Source: Promethearchaeota archaeon
GTDB lineage: Archaea; Asgardarchaeota; Lokiarchaeia; Sigyniarchaeales; SOKP01
DNA: 10,784 nucleotides
Direction of reading: 5' to 3'
Assembly (NCBI GenBank): GCA_004524535.1
Contig: SDNY01000123.1
Location: 1 to 10,784, forward strand
Shown here: positions 1 to 7,347 of the stretch, piece after piece
Layout: every line of letters starts with the position of its first letter
Position numbering within the stretch: the first letter of the stretch is position 1
Translations under genes and position numbers: made by a program
Notes under the pieces: model-generated
The model's input: only the letters and a program-made list of their open reading frames with translations
What the model was told of the DNA's origin: nothing
Database searches by the model: none

Positions 1-2
1 TG

Positions 3-518
3 CTGTTTAGCAGACGGATTCCATCATGGTTTTTTATGATTGATCAAGGTGCAACTACTATGTGGGAGCATTGGGATAGTTATATAAAAGGACGTGGCTT
101 CTATAATCCAGTTATGAATTCGTTTAATCATTATTCAATAGGATCAGTTGGCGAATGGATTTATAGAGTTATCTTAGGGATTAACCTTGATGAGAACCAA
201 CCTGGATATAAACATATTATTATCAGACCTATGCCAAGATACCCACTAACATGGGTTAAAGGTTTACATGAATCCATTCATGGTAAAATTAAAATAAATT
301 GGAGTATAGATAATGGGATTTTCAATCTTGAAGTTTCAATTCCGGCTAATACAACCGCTACTGTATATTTACCTGCTGAAAGTGCAGAAATTGCTTATGA
401 GAATGAAATGCCTATCCAAGACTCTAAGGAAATTAAAATCGTGAGTGTTGAAAATAAGACTTTATGTTTAAAGATTAATTCTGGGAACTATTTCTTTAAA
501 TCTTCGTATCCTAATTAA
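3..518 (+). CDS. Alpha-L-rhamnosidase (GH78 family), C-terminal part; 5' end lies outside the window
   Basis: Frame is open from base 3 (LFSRRIPSWFFMIDQGATTMWEHWD), so the ATG at 36 is internal. PSW..M...GATTxWExW, MNSFNHY..GSVGEW and GYKHIIIRP...SIHGKI...W...L.V.IPANTTATVYLP are typical of the GH78 catalytic barrel and C-terminal domain. Confidence 0.9.
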   Translation: MFSRRIPSWFFMIDQGATTMWEHWDSYIKGRGFYNPVMNSFNHYSIGSVGEWIYRVILGINLDENQPGYKHIIIRPMPRYPLTWVKGLHESIHGKIKINWSIDNGIFNLEVSIPANTTATVYLPAESAEIAYENEMPIQDSKEIKIVSVENKTLCLKINSGNYFFKSSYPN

Positions 519-567
519 AAAGTGGTTATTATTGCAAATCTAATTTAATAAATTAAAAAGAAATCTT

Positions 568-957
568 TCAGACGGAAATATTATCTAACTTTAATATTTG
601 AGGAAGTTTATTATTACGTTTTATCCATGAGACTTCATGTTTTAAATATCTCCATGAAATTTCACATTTCTCTTTTTTACCTTTAATTTCTGTTTCAAAT
701 TCCCAAGGATTAATTATAATTAAATCTCCTTTTCTTATCCATACTCTTTTTTTAATTTTGCCTCTAATCCTTCCTACTCTATGCTTTCCATCTTCACAAA
801 AAACACCCATTCTTTCTTGACCATAAATATCTACAACTCTCGCAAACATCTCACCATTTTTTCTGTATGGCATTCTTACACGACTTATTTCTGGTGCTTG
901 ATATGATCCAGGACTTCTTCCACGTTTCTTTCGATTACTCTTTTTCTTTTTTGGCAT
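568..957 (-). CDS. eif1a: Archaeal translation initiation factor aIF-1A
   Basis: RVRMP...GEMFARV..IYG..RM.V.C.DGK.RVGRIRGKIKKRVWIRKGDLIII.PWEF...K.EI.WRY matches the eIF1A/aIF1A OB fold; basic N-terminal tail. Confidence 0.95.
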   Translation of the reverse strand: MPKKKKSNRKKRGRSPGSYQAPEISRVRMPYRKNGEMFARVVDIYGQERMGVFCEDGKHRVGRIRGKIKKRVWIRKGDLIIINPWEFETEIKGKKEKCEISWRYLKHEVSWIKRNNKLPQILKLDNISV

Positions 958-1025
958 AGTTAATTTACTCTAAATGATATCTTCATTATTAGTATAATTC
1001 CGATTAACAAAATAAATCAAATTTC

Positions 1026-1037
1026 TATTTATAAATA
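1026..1037. promoter_or_regulatory. Palindromic TATA-box-like element upstream of aIF-1A
   Basis: TATTTATAAATA reads as TTTATAAA on both strands, about 70 nt upstream of the aIF-1A ATG; the AT-rich background limits specificity. Confidence 0.35.
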
Positions 1038-1079
1038 CTTAAGTTTTGTACTACACAATCAAAATATCTTTCAAATAGA

Positions 1080-1098
1080 AATTCGCAATTTGCGAATT
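1080..1098. promoter_or_regulatory. Perfect 9-1-9 palindrome (candidate operator) in the divergent aIF-1A/csp intergenic region
   Basis: AATTCGCAA-T-TTGCGAATT; contains GC in an otherwise very AT-rich spacer. Confidence 0.5.
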
Positions 1099-1339
1099 GT
1101 AATTTCAAAAATAAAATTAAATTTGAAATATTTATTTATAATCTAATAAGAAAATAATGGTTTCCTTATATACTTTATAATTTTAAGATAAATTCTTTTT
1201 AATAAAAACTAAGTAAATTTTTTTTATTCATTGAATTCGAACTTTTTCCAACATTCAGAAAAAATTAAACTTTATTACTCTTGCATTATTTTCTTAAACA
1301 GTTCTAATTGAACTAAAAAATTTTTTATAAAAGAGAAAT

Positions 1340-1603
1340 TTGGTTTTAAAATTGACAAATGGAATAGTAAAATGGTTTAATAGCCGCAAAGGCTATGGCT
1401 TTATAACCTCCGATGAGGGAGGAGATGTTTTTGTTCATTATTCCGCAATTAGTGGTGATGATGATAAATATAAGAGTCTACATGAAAATGACAAGGTAGA
1501 ATTTGAAGTTGTTGAAGGTCAAAAAGGACCTCAAGCAAATAATGTTGTCATTACAGAAGCAGCCCCTCCACAATTAAATTCTTATCGAGAATTTCGCTAC
1601 TAA
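1340..1603 (+). CDS. cspA: Cold-shock domain protein (CspA family)
   Basis: [15 protein letters not shown] (RNP1), DVFVHYSAI (RNP2), [17 protein letters not shown]. No in-frame ATG; start is TTG at 1340 or 1352. Confidence 0.95.
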   Translation: MVLKLTNGIVKWFNSRKGYGFITSDEGGDVFVHYSAISGDDDKYKSLHENDKVEFEVVEGQKGPQANNVVITEAAPPQLNSYREFRY

Positions 1604-1765
1604 TTTAATTTATGGTTATAATTCTACAAAATGTAATAATTTAACATAAGATGTAAATAAGAATTAATAAAAATCTTTTTAATCAATTGTTATCTACCCT
1701 TATTTTTTTTTTTAATTTTCATTATATTCATGAATTGCTTCAAACATTGCTAAGATATTTTCAGG

Positions 1766-3208
1766 TTAATGACGCCAAAGATTTAATCCTTCCATCCCGT
1801 ATGCACGAGCTAAAACATAATGATCACGAGATTTTACAAGTTGATCGCGAAGTAATTTATGAAGACGGATTATTTCACTCTTATAATCAGGATTGTTTAT
1901 GAGATTTTCCATTTCATACGGATCTTTTTCAAGATCAAAGAATTGCCATGGTTTACCTCCCCTGCTAGCATCACCCAAAACCGTATACTTATAGCGTTGT
2001 GTACGAAATCCACGCCAATATACTTCATGGTAAGGATAAAATGCACCTACTCTTAAATCGTGTACGAACTCCAGCATCACGCCTTCACGAGGAAGTTTAC
2101 TAATTTCTCCATATATTAAAGGAGTAAGATCCATTCCAGGCTTCTTATCTTTTAGATCTATTCCTGCCAGACCTAGCAATGTTGGATATAGATCTTCAGC
2201 GCATACGGTGTCATTTATCACTTTACCCCTTACTTTAGAACGCCTTGGATCGTAGATTATTAGTGGTATGCCACAAGATTCTTCAAAAGGACCATCCTTT
2301 AAAATATTGATAATATTATGAGCCCCTCCCATCTCACCATGATCGGCCATAAAAATAACAATCGTGTCTTCTTTCAATCCAGTTTCTTTTAGAAAATCCC
2401 GCATGCGTCCCACATTTATATCAAGATTTTCGACCATGGCATAATATTGCTTAAGTCTGTATATCGAATCCTTCTTATTAAAATTAGGGTGATCCTCTGT
2501 AATTTTTAATCCCGGTACTTTATAATTATCTTGAATGGCATAATTAGGGGGAAATATAATTGATTTTTTCCGCCATTTTTCAGCTAAATCAGCAGGAGCA
2601 AATTTATAACCAAAAGGAAAATGAGGTGGTTCAACAGATAATATACAGAGGAAAGGTTTCTCAGAATTAACTTGCTTCCCTAAATAGTCAATCGCAAGAT
2701 CAAATAGACCATCTGTCTGATATCTATCTATCTTTTTAGGTGTGGGATCATCATCTTCAAAATAATACCAATCAAAAAAATCATTAGCAATTTCAAATCC
2801 TAACCATTTCTGCCATCGTCCCTGATGTTCAGGTGGGACAGGGGTTTTATTTGCTTTCTTATTAGAATGTTTAGGTAAAAGGGCGTGCCCTCCATATAGA
2901 TGCCACTTTCCAATATAAATAGTATGATATCCCGCTTCATTAAATTCATCAGCTAATGTGCGTTCAGCTGGAGACATCCGCCATTCAATAGCTGGAACAA
3001 AACGAGAATGTGCATATTCACCAGTTTGCAAAGTAAAGCGAAAAGGGACACAAATTGGATATGTAGAGCATGCATTTGTAAAGCGAACTCCTTCTTTTGC
3101 CAAGTGATCAATATTTGGTGTTGTGAGATTTGGATCTCCATAAATGCTTAACACATGACGCCTTAGTTGATCACTTAAAATTATAAGAATATTTGGTTTT
3201 TTACTCAT
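1766..3208 (-). CDS. Formylglycine-dependent (Cys-type) sulfatase
   Basis: KPNILIILSDQ, TPNIDHLAKEGVRF.NA, CVPFR (CxPxR) then LQTG, GY.T..IGKWHL, PPHFP, ADHGEM.G.H, FDLEKDPYEMENL. Start placed at ATG 3208 (MSKKPN); the ORF track extends to 3253. Confidence 0.92.
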   Translation of the reverse strand: MSKKPNILIILSDQLRRHVLSIYGDPNLTTPNIDHLAKEGVRFTNACSTYPICVPFRFTLQTGEYAHSRFVPAIEWRMSPAERTLADEFNEAGYHTIYIGKWHLYGGHALLPKHSNKKANKTPVPPEHQGRWQKWLGFEIANDFFDWYYFEDDDPTPKKIDRYQTDGLFDLAIDYLGKQVNSEKPFLCILSVEPPHFPFGYKFAPADLAEKWRKKSIIFPPNYAIQDNYKVPGLKITEDHPNFNKKDSIYRLKQYYAMVENLDINVGRMRDFLKETGLKEDTIVIFMADHGEMGGAHNIINILKDGPFEESCGIPLIIYDPRRSKVRGKVINDTVCAEDLYPTLLGLAGIDLKDKKPGMDLTPLIYGEISKLPREGVMLEFVHDLRVGAFYPYHEVYWRGFRTQRYKYTVLGDASRGGKPWQFFDLEKDPYEMENLINNPDYKSEIIRLHKLLRDQLVKSRDHYVLARAYGMEGLNLWRH

Positions 3209-3350
3209 TTTCATTCCATTTTCTAATTCTATAGTATTAAAAAGGTAGCTCAAGGAATAAAATCTTATGAAAATTTGAAAAAGTTTTATAATATTAATAA
3301 TAAACCTTAGTTTATTTTAGTATAACCAAATTGATGTTAAGATAAATAAC

Positions 3351-3361
3351 AAAAAAAAAAA
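3351..3361 (-). terminator. Oligo-T terminator for the small Cys-rich gene
   Basis: T11 tract on the minus strand about 15 nt after the stop codon at 3376. Confidence 0.5.
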
Positions 3362-3375
3362 GAAGTTAGATTTTA

Positions 3376-3534
3376 TTATTTCTTTTTCATTTCCTCTCCG
3401 CAGCAAGAAAAACCTTGGTCTGAACAACTACCTTCCCCCTCACCGCAGCCGCAAGACTTAGAAACTGTTATTTCAAGCCCACAATCTTCGCAAATAAGAA
3501 TATCTCCTTTTTTTAACTCATTACAACCAGTCAT
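3376..3534 (-). CDS. 52-aa Cys-rich desulforedoxin-like metal-binding protein (absent from ORF track)
   Basis: Manual translation MTGCNELKKGDILICEDCGLEITVSKSCGCGEGEGSCSDQGFSCCGEEMKKK followed by TAA TAA. It has the GD...CxxCG....CCG..M desulforedoxin pattern, a GGTGA Shine-Dalgarno-like motif 6 nt before the ATG, a TATA-like element at 3581-3588 and a T11 tract downstream. Confidence 0.85.
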   Translation of the reverse strand: MTGCNELKKGDILICEDCGLEITVSKSCGCGEGEGSCSDQGFSCCGEEMKKK

Positions 3535-3550
3535 TTAGATTCACCATTCA

Positions 3551-3565
3551 AAACATATTATGTTT
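3551..3565. promoter_or_regulatory. 7-1-7 palindrome, candidate operator of the small Cys-rich gene
   Basis: AAACATA-T-TATGTTT lies between the TATA-like element (3581-3588) and the GGTGA motif (3541-3545). Confidence 0.45.
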
Positions 3566-3616
3566 CTAGTTTTTTTAAGATTTTATAAGCATTTTTCTTA
3601 TAGATTATAAAGTAGT

Positions 3617-5065
3617 TCATTTCCAAATATTCACATCACGTCTTTCCAAATCATTAAATATTTTTTCAGTTTTAATATCTGACTTAAATGCTACGGGAGT
3701 ATTTACAATATACAAATCTTTTAAAGAGTTAAGGTTTAATAATGATTGAGGAAGGTTCTTTATAGGATTATTGTTTAACCATAATGCTTTTAATGAAGTT
3801 AAGTGTTCTAAATTTTCGGGTAGGACACTCAATTGGTTATTACTTAGATCCAAGATTTCAAGAGATTCAAAATTATATGAAAACTCGGAAAATCGCTTTA
3901 ATTGATTAAAACTTAAGCCTAAAACTCTCAATGATGTCATTTCATTCATATTTTTTGGTAATTTCATTAACTGATTTCCCCATATTGATAGAATCTCTAA
4001 CATTTTTAATTTTAAAATTGATTCTGGTAAAACTTGAATAATATTATGATTTATATCCAATTCTTTGAGGTTTATTAGGTTCCCAATCTCATTTGGAACG
4101 TTAATTAAATAATTATCACTCAAATCTAATTTTTCAAGATTTATCAACTCGCCGATTGATTCTGGAAGTGAATTTAATCTATTTTCAGTCATGTAGAGCT
4201 CCTTTAAGCTTCCAAGGTTTCCTATCGAGAAGGGTACTAATTTTAATCCACATCTATTAAATCCTAAGGAGACTATTCTATCCTTTTCACACATGAATCC
4301 CATTTGAGTATCTTTTTTAATAACCTCAACGGGACTTATTTCATTGATGAAAAATATCTTTGATTCATCTAAATTGAACTTAATTATATCCAGAAGGGAA
4401 TTCATGTCATTTCCATCAAGAATATCATCATATTTCTTTTTAAATTTCATCTCTATTTGCTCAAAGAACTTTTCCATTAAGAGCTCAATTTCCTCACTAT
4501 TAAAATATTCAAGATAATTTTTTTGAATTAAATATTGAGAAACGCTCCTAGATCCACTCATGAGCCTTTCCACAATTTCATCTTTAAAAACCCTTTTTGC
4601 ATTAGGATCTCCAATATCCGTTAATTTTTTGAGAAGTGGAAAAGCTAAATTACTATGAAGTAGCCGTGTATCATATAAATTTTCAGCCCAAGCTTGCAAA
4701 TTAGAACAATTCCCCCAGAATTCAATTTCAGGCTCTATAAGCTCAATATTTGCATTCTTTTCCAAAGAATGATCGAGTTTTTCGCTGACATCATCGATTG
4801 AATTAACCTTATCGAAATCTTTAAATTCTCCTATTGGAATATCTATTAACAAATATTTACATTGTAGAAATTTTTTATTTTTTACGTAAATTACCGTTTT
4901 ATCTCTCTCTAATTTCAAGGTGATATAATCATTAATCTTAAATTCTTTAATTTCCTTCTTTATAGGTTTGATATCTTTAATTGAAAATTTTATCTTCTTT
5001 CCGCATCTATAACAATAATTATAAGTAGTTTTATTCCTTGTTCCACAATTAGGACAAAAAAGCAT
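3617..5065 (-). CDS. Zinc-ribbon + conserved N-terminal domain + leucine-rich repeat protein
   Basis: N-terminal CPNCG...CYRCG zinc ribbon; about 8-9 C-terminal 23-aa LRRs (e.g. LKELYMTENRLNSLPESIGELIN, LEKLDLSDNYLINVPNEIGNLIN). The middle segment INDYITLKLE..KTVIYV....F.QCKYL...EFWGNCSNLQAW.E..YDTRLLHSNLAFPLLKKL resembles, from recall, a family expanded in Lokiarchaeia. Confidence 0.88.
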   Translation of the reverse strand: MLFCPNCGTRNKTTYNYCYRCGKKIKFSIKDIKPIKKEIKEFKINDYITLKLERDKTVIYVKNKKFLQCKYLLIDIPIGEFKDFDKVNSIDDVSEKLDHSLEKNANIELIEPEIEFWGNCSNLQAWAENLYDTRLLHSNLAFPLLKKLTDIGDPNAKRVFKDEIVERLMSGSRSVSQYLIQKNYLEYFNSEEIELLMEKFFEQIEMKFKKKYDDILDGNDMNSLLDIIKFNLDESKIFFINEISPVEVIKKDTQMGFMCEKDRIVSLGFNRCGLKLVPFSIGNLGSLKELYMTENRLNSLPESIGELINLEKLDLSDNYLINVPNEIGNLINLKELDINHNIIQVLPESILKLKMLEILSIWGNQLMKLPKNMNEMTSLRVLGLSFNQLKRFSEFSYNFESLEILDLSNNQLSVLPENLEHLTSLKALWLNNNPIKNLPQSLLNLNSLKDLYIVNTPVAFKSDIKTEKIFNDLERRDVNIWK

Positions 5066-5138
5066 TTGACAATAGAAATAGCTATGATTAAATTTAGTTC
5101 TCTTTAGTTTATAAAAGGCTATACCTATTTATGCTTTA

Positions 5139-5160
5139 TTTCTTTTCATTATAAGCAAAT
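5139..5160 (+). repeat. 22-bp direct repeat, left copy flanking the AbrB-PIN module
   Basis: TTTCTTTTCATTATAAGCAAAT; 21/22 identical to 6003-6024. Confidence 0.8.
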
Positions 5161-5191
5161 TAATTTTAAAAAGTTTCAAATAATATCATTA

Positions 5192-5219
5192 TTTCCGAAA
5201 AAGTTTAAATATTCGGAAA
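5192..5219 (+). promoter_or_regulatory. TA promoter: TATA box bracketed by an 8-bp inverted repeat (probable autorepression operator)
   Basis: TTTCCGAA-aaagTTTAAATA-TTCGGAAA; the TATA element (5204-5211) is about 23-30 nt before the ATG at 5234. Confidence 0.7.
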
Positions 5220-5233
5220 ACTATGGGTTTTTT

Positions 5234-5494
5234 ATGACAATTGATGAAGAAACAAAAGTAGGAAAAAAAGGAGAAATATTACCAAAAAAGCCATTAAGAG
5301 ATTTCTCAGGGATAAGTCCAGGAGATAAAGTCTTAATTGAAGCTCAACCTGGTAGATTGATAATTAATAAAATTTATTCAGTTGAGGAGCTTTTAGAAAT
5401 GCCAATAATCTCAGAAGGAACTGCTGAAAGCGTTGAAAAAGATATTGAAAAGGAAGTAAAATTACAAGAAAAACTGACAAATGATGAACATTAA
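5234..5494 (+). CDS. AbrB/MazE/SpoVT-family antitoxin
   Basis: TKVGKKGEILPKKPLRDFSGISPGDKVLIEAQPGRLIINK fits the swapped-hairpin AbrB pattern; acidic C-terminus; overlaps the downstream PIN gene. Confidence 0.85.
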   Translation: MTIDEETKVGKKGEILPKKPLRDFSGISPGDKVLIEAQPGRLIINKIYSVEELLEMPIISEGTAESVEKDIEKEVKLQEKLTNDEH

Positions 5495-5978
5495 ACCTCT
5501 CATTTTAGATACCACCTATATTTTACCCCTATTCGGCATCAAAATAATAGATCTAGTCGACTTTAAAAAGATCTCTAATCAGCTATGGACGCATGGTTTA
5601 AAAGGATATCATTTATATTTACCATCAATTTGCTTAATTGAAGTTATGTTTAAATTAAATAGTGAGTATCGGAAAAAAAATGATATAAATATATTAAATC
5701 GTTATTCAATCGCGCTTCCCTCTATTATCTCATCGAAATCAATAGAACTTTTTAATCCGCTCCTAAATCCTGAAGCTAACAGAATTTCAATTAGTATAAG
5801 ACATGCTGGTCATAAAGATGTTCTGGATTGCTTGATTGGAGCAAGTGCTGCTGCTTTAAAAGGCATATTATTGTCAGAAGATATCGAATTGAGTAAAATT
5901 ATGAAAGCATTACCTGAAACTAAAGATTTTCCTGTTTGGTTTTGGAAAGATCTCGTTCAAAACGAATTTAATAAATGA
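5481..5978 (+). CDS. PIN-domain (VapC-like) toxin
   Basis: ILDTTY, SICLIEV, DVLDCLIGASA and LLSED supply the acidic PIN active-site residues; coupled to the AbrB gene. Start is 5481 or 5484. Confidence 0.85.
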   Translation: MMNIKPLILDTTYILPLFGIKIIDLVDFKKISNQLWTHGLKGYHLYLPSICLIEVMFKLNSEYRKKNDINILNRYSIALPSIISSKSIELFNPLLNPEANRISISIRHAGHKDVLDCLIGASAAALKGILLSEDIELSKIMKALPETKDFPVWFWKDLVQNEFNK

Positions 5979-6002
5979 GTTATTTGAATTAAGATTTCCC
6001 TC

Positions 6003-6024
6003 TTTCTTTTCATTATACGCAAAT
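6003..6024 (+). repeat. 22-bp direct repeat, right copy flanking the AbrB-PIN module
   Basis: TTTCTTTTCATTATACGCAAAT; 21/22 identical to 5139-5160. Confidence 0.8.
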
Positions 6025-6061
6025 ATAAAAAAAATATTAGAAAAATAGTATTAAAAAAATT

Positions 6062-6196
6062 TTATTATTGTAATTTATCTTTCATTTCCATATAGAAATC
6101 CAGTGAATCAGGTTTTCTTAAAGCACCTCGATTAGCTACAGTCATACCATGGATGATTTTTATAAAAACAATTTCAACTTTTTTGTTGCTAAAAGT
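6062..6196 (-). repeat. Diverged copy (135 bp) of the 3' end of the acetoacetate-CoA ligase gene
   Basis: Aligns without gaps to 8841-8975; translates TFSNKKVEIVFIKIIHGMTVANRGALRKPDSLDFYMEMKDKLQ** versus gene TFSNKKVEIAVTKIIHGMSVANRGALRNPDSLDFYMEMKDKLQQ*. Confidence 0.95.
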
Positions 6197-6266
6197 TTAA
6201 TGAATTTATAATTGATGAAATTAGAAAAAAAATATTAAGTAGGATTTATATTTATATGATAGAAAA

Positions 6267-6548
6267 ATGGTAGAGAAAATAACAATTAAACTTCCAGCTG
6301 ACCTTCTTGAATTAACCGGTTTGAGTTCGGAAAACCTGGAGGAAAAAAGTCTTCTGATATGGATATTAGAAATTTATTCACAAGGGAAGATAACTCTTTC
6401 TAAGGCGGCCAACCTTTTAAATATGAAGATTGATGTATTTTTATCAGAATTTCATAAACGCCATCTTAGACATATGGGAGGTCCTGAATCCATAGAAGAA
6501 GTTCAAGAGGAGTTTGATGTTGTAAAACAATTAAAAGAAGATAAATAA
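6267..6548 (+). CDS. UPF0175-family putative antitoxin
   Basis: LEIYSQGKITLSKAANLLNM....F...L pattern; ends 5 nt before a PIN gene. Confidence 0.8.
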   Translation: MVEKITIKLPADLLELTGLSSENLEEKSLLIWILEIYSQGKITLSKAANLLNMKIDVFLSEFHKRHLRHMGGPESIEEVQEEFDVVKQLKEDK

Positions 6549-6553
6549 TTTTC

Positions 6554-7006
6554 ATGATTATCCTTGATAATAGCGTATTAAGCGTTTTTACTCGTCTTAA
6601 ACTACTTTCTCAATTGGAGGAATTAATTCCCGAGGCCATAATTTCTGAAGATGTTTTAAATGAGTACTCAGAACATTGGCAGAAAAAAATCCCAAAATGG
6701 ATTAAAATTATAGAACCTAAAGAAAATATTCAAGTTAAATCTTCTCCAATATCCTTAAGTTTAGCAGATCTAACCTTAATAAAGTTAGCTTTAGAATATA
6801 AGATCCCTATTGCTTCTGATGACAAACCTTTACGCCTATTTGCTAAGAAACTAGGGATTTCTATTACGGGGTCTCTTGGGATATTAAAAATTTTATATCA
6901 AAATAGAATTATTAAAACGAGGAAGGAGTATTTAAAATATTTAGATTCTCTTCAGAAAGATATCTACATTTCTGATAAGCTCATGAAGTGGGCTTTAGAA
7001 GAATAA
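6554..7006 (+). CDS. PIN-domain protein (DUF3368-like), putative toxin
   Basis: IILDNSVL, SEDVLNE, LSLAD...I.LA, ASDDKPLRLFAKKLGISITGSLGIL; usual partner of UPF0175 genes. Confidence 0.85.
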   Translation: MIILDNSVLSVFTRLKLLSQLEELIPEAIISEDVLNEYSEHWQKKIPKWIKIIEPKENIQVKSSPISLSLADLTLIKLALEYKIPIASDDKPLRLFAKKLGISITGSLGILKILYQNRIIKTRKEYLKYLDSLQKDIYISDKLMKWALEE

Positions 7007-7036
7007 TGAAAGAGAAATAGAAAAAATATAAAAATT

Positions 7037-7057
7037 TTATTGAAGCTTATCCTTCAT
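7037..7057 (-). repeat. Short copy (21 bp) of the ligase gene 3' end
   Basis: ATG AAG GAT AAG CTT CAA TAA = MKDKLQ*; 20/21 identical to 8115-8135 and followed by a T-rich tract on the minus strand. Confidence 0.75.
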
Positions 7058-7080
7058 AAAAAAAATAAAAAATTAACATA

Positions 7081-7122
7081 TTAAGTTAGCTTATCCTTCA
7101 TTTCCATGTAAAAATCAATAGA
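7081..7122 (-). repeat. Diverged copy (42 bp) of the ligase gene 3' end
   Basis: TCT ATT GAT TTT TAC ATG GAA ATG AAG GAT AAG CTA ACT TAA = SIDFYMEMKDKLT*, with several synonymous differences from the gene. Confidence 0.85.
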
Positions 7123-7347
7123 TTATAAAAATTAAGAAAAATTTTTTTAGTATTTCCCTTTCAAGAACCCTCCATATTAATTTCGATTATATTTTGAGAA
7201 GATATTATTCAAAAAAGAATAACTGAAAATACTGATACCCATAAAAGATAATTATGTATGCCATTTCTTAGAAGGTTTCATCATAATTCTCGATGAAGAA
7301 ATTCAAAAACTTAAAGAGGTGTCCTAAACATTACAAAACTGATAACT

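Noticed and set aside
1687-3141. ORFs 1687-1902(+), 1859-2056(+) and 2953-3141(-)
   Set aside because: Antisense or alternate-frame shadows of the sulfatase with no recognisable motifs.
3209-3253. 15-aa N-terminal extension of the sulfatase given by the ORF track
   Set aside because: It starts from a non-ATG codon and is not signal-peptide-like; family similarity begins at KPNIL just after ATG 3208.
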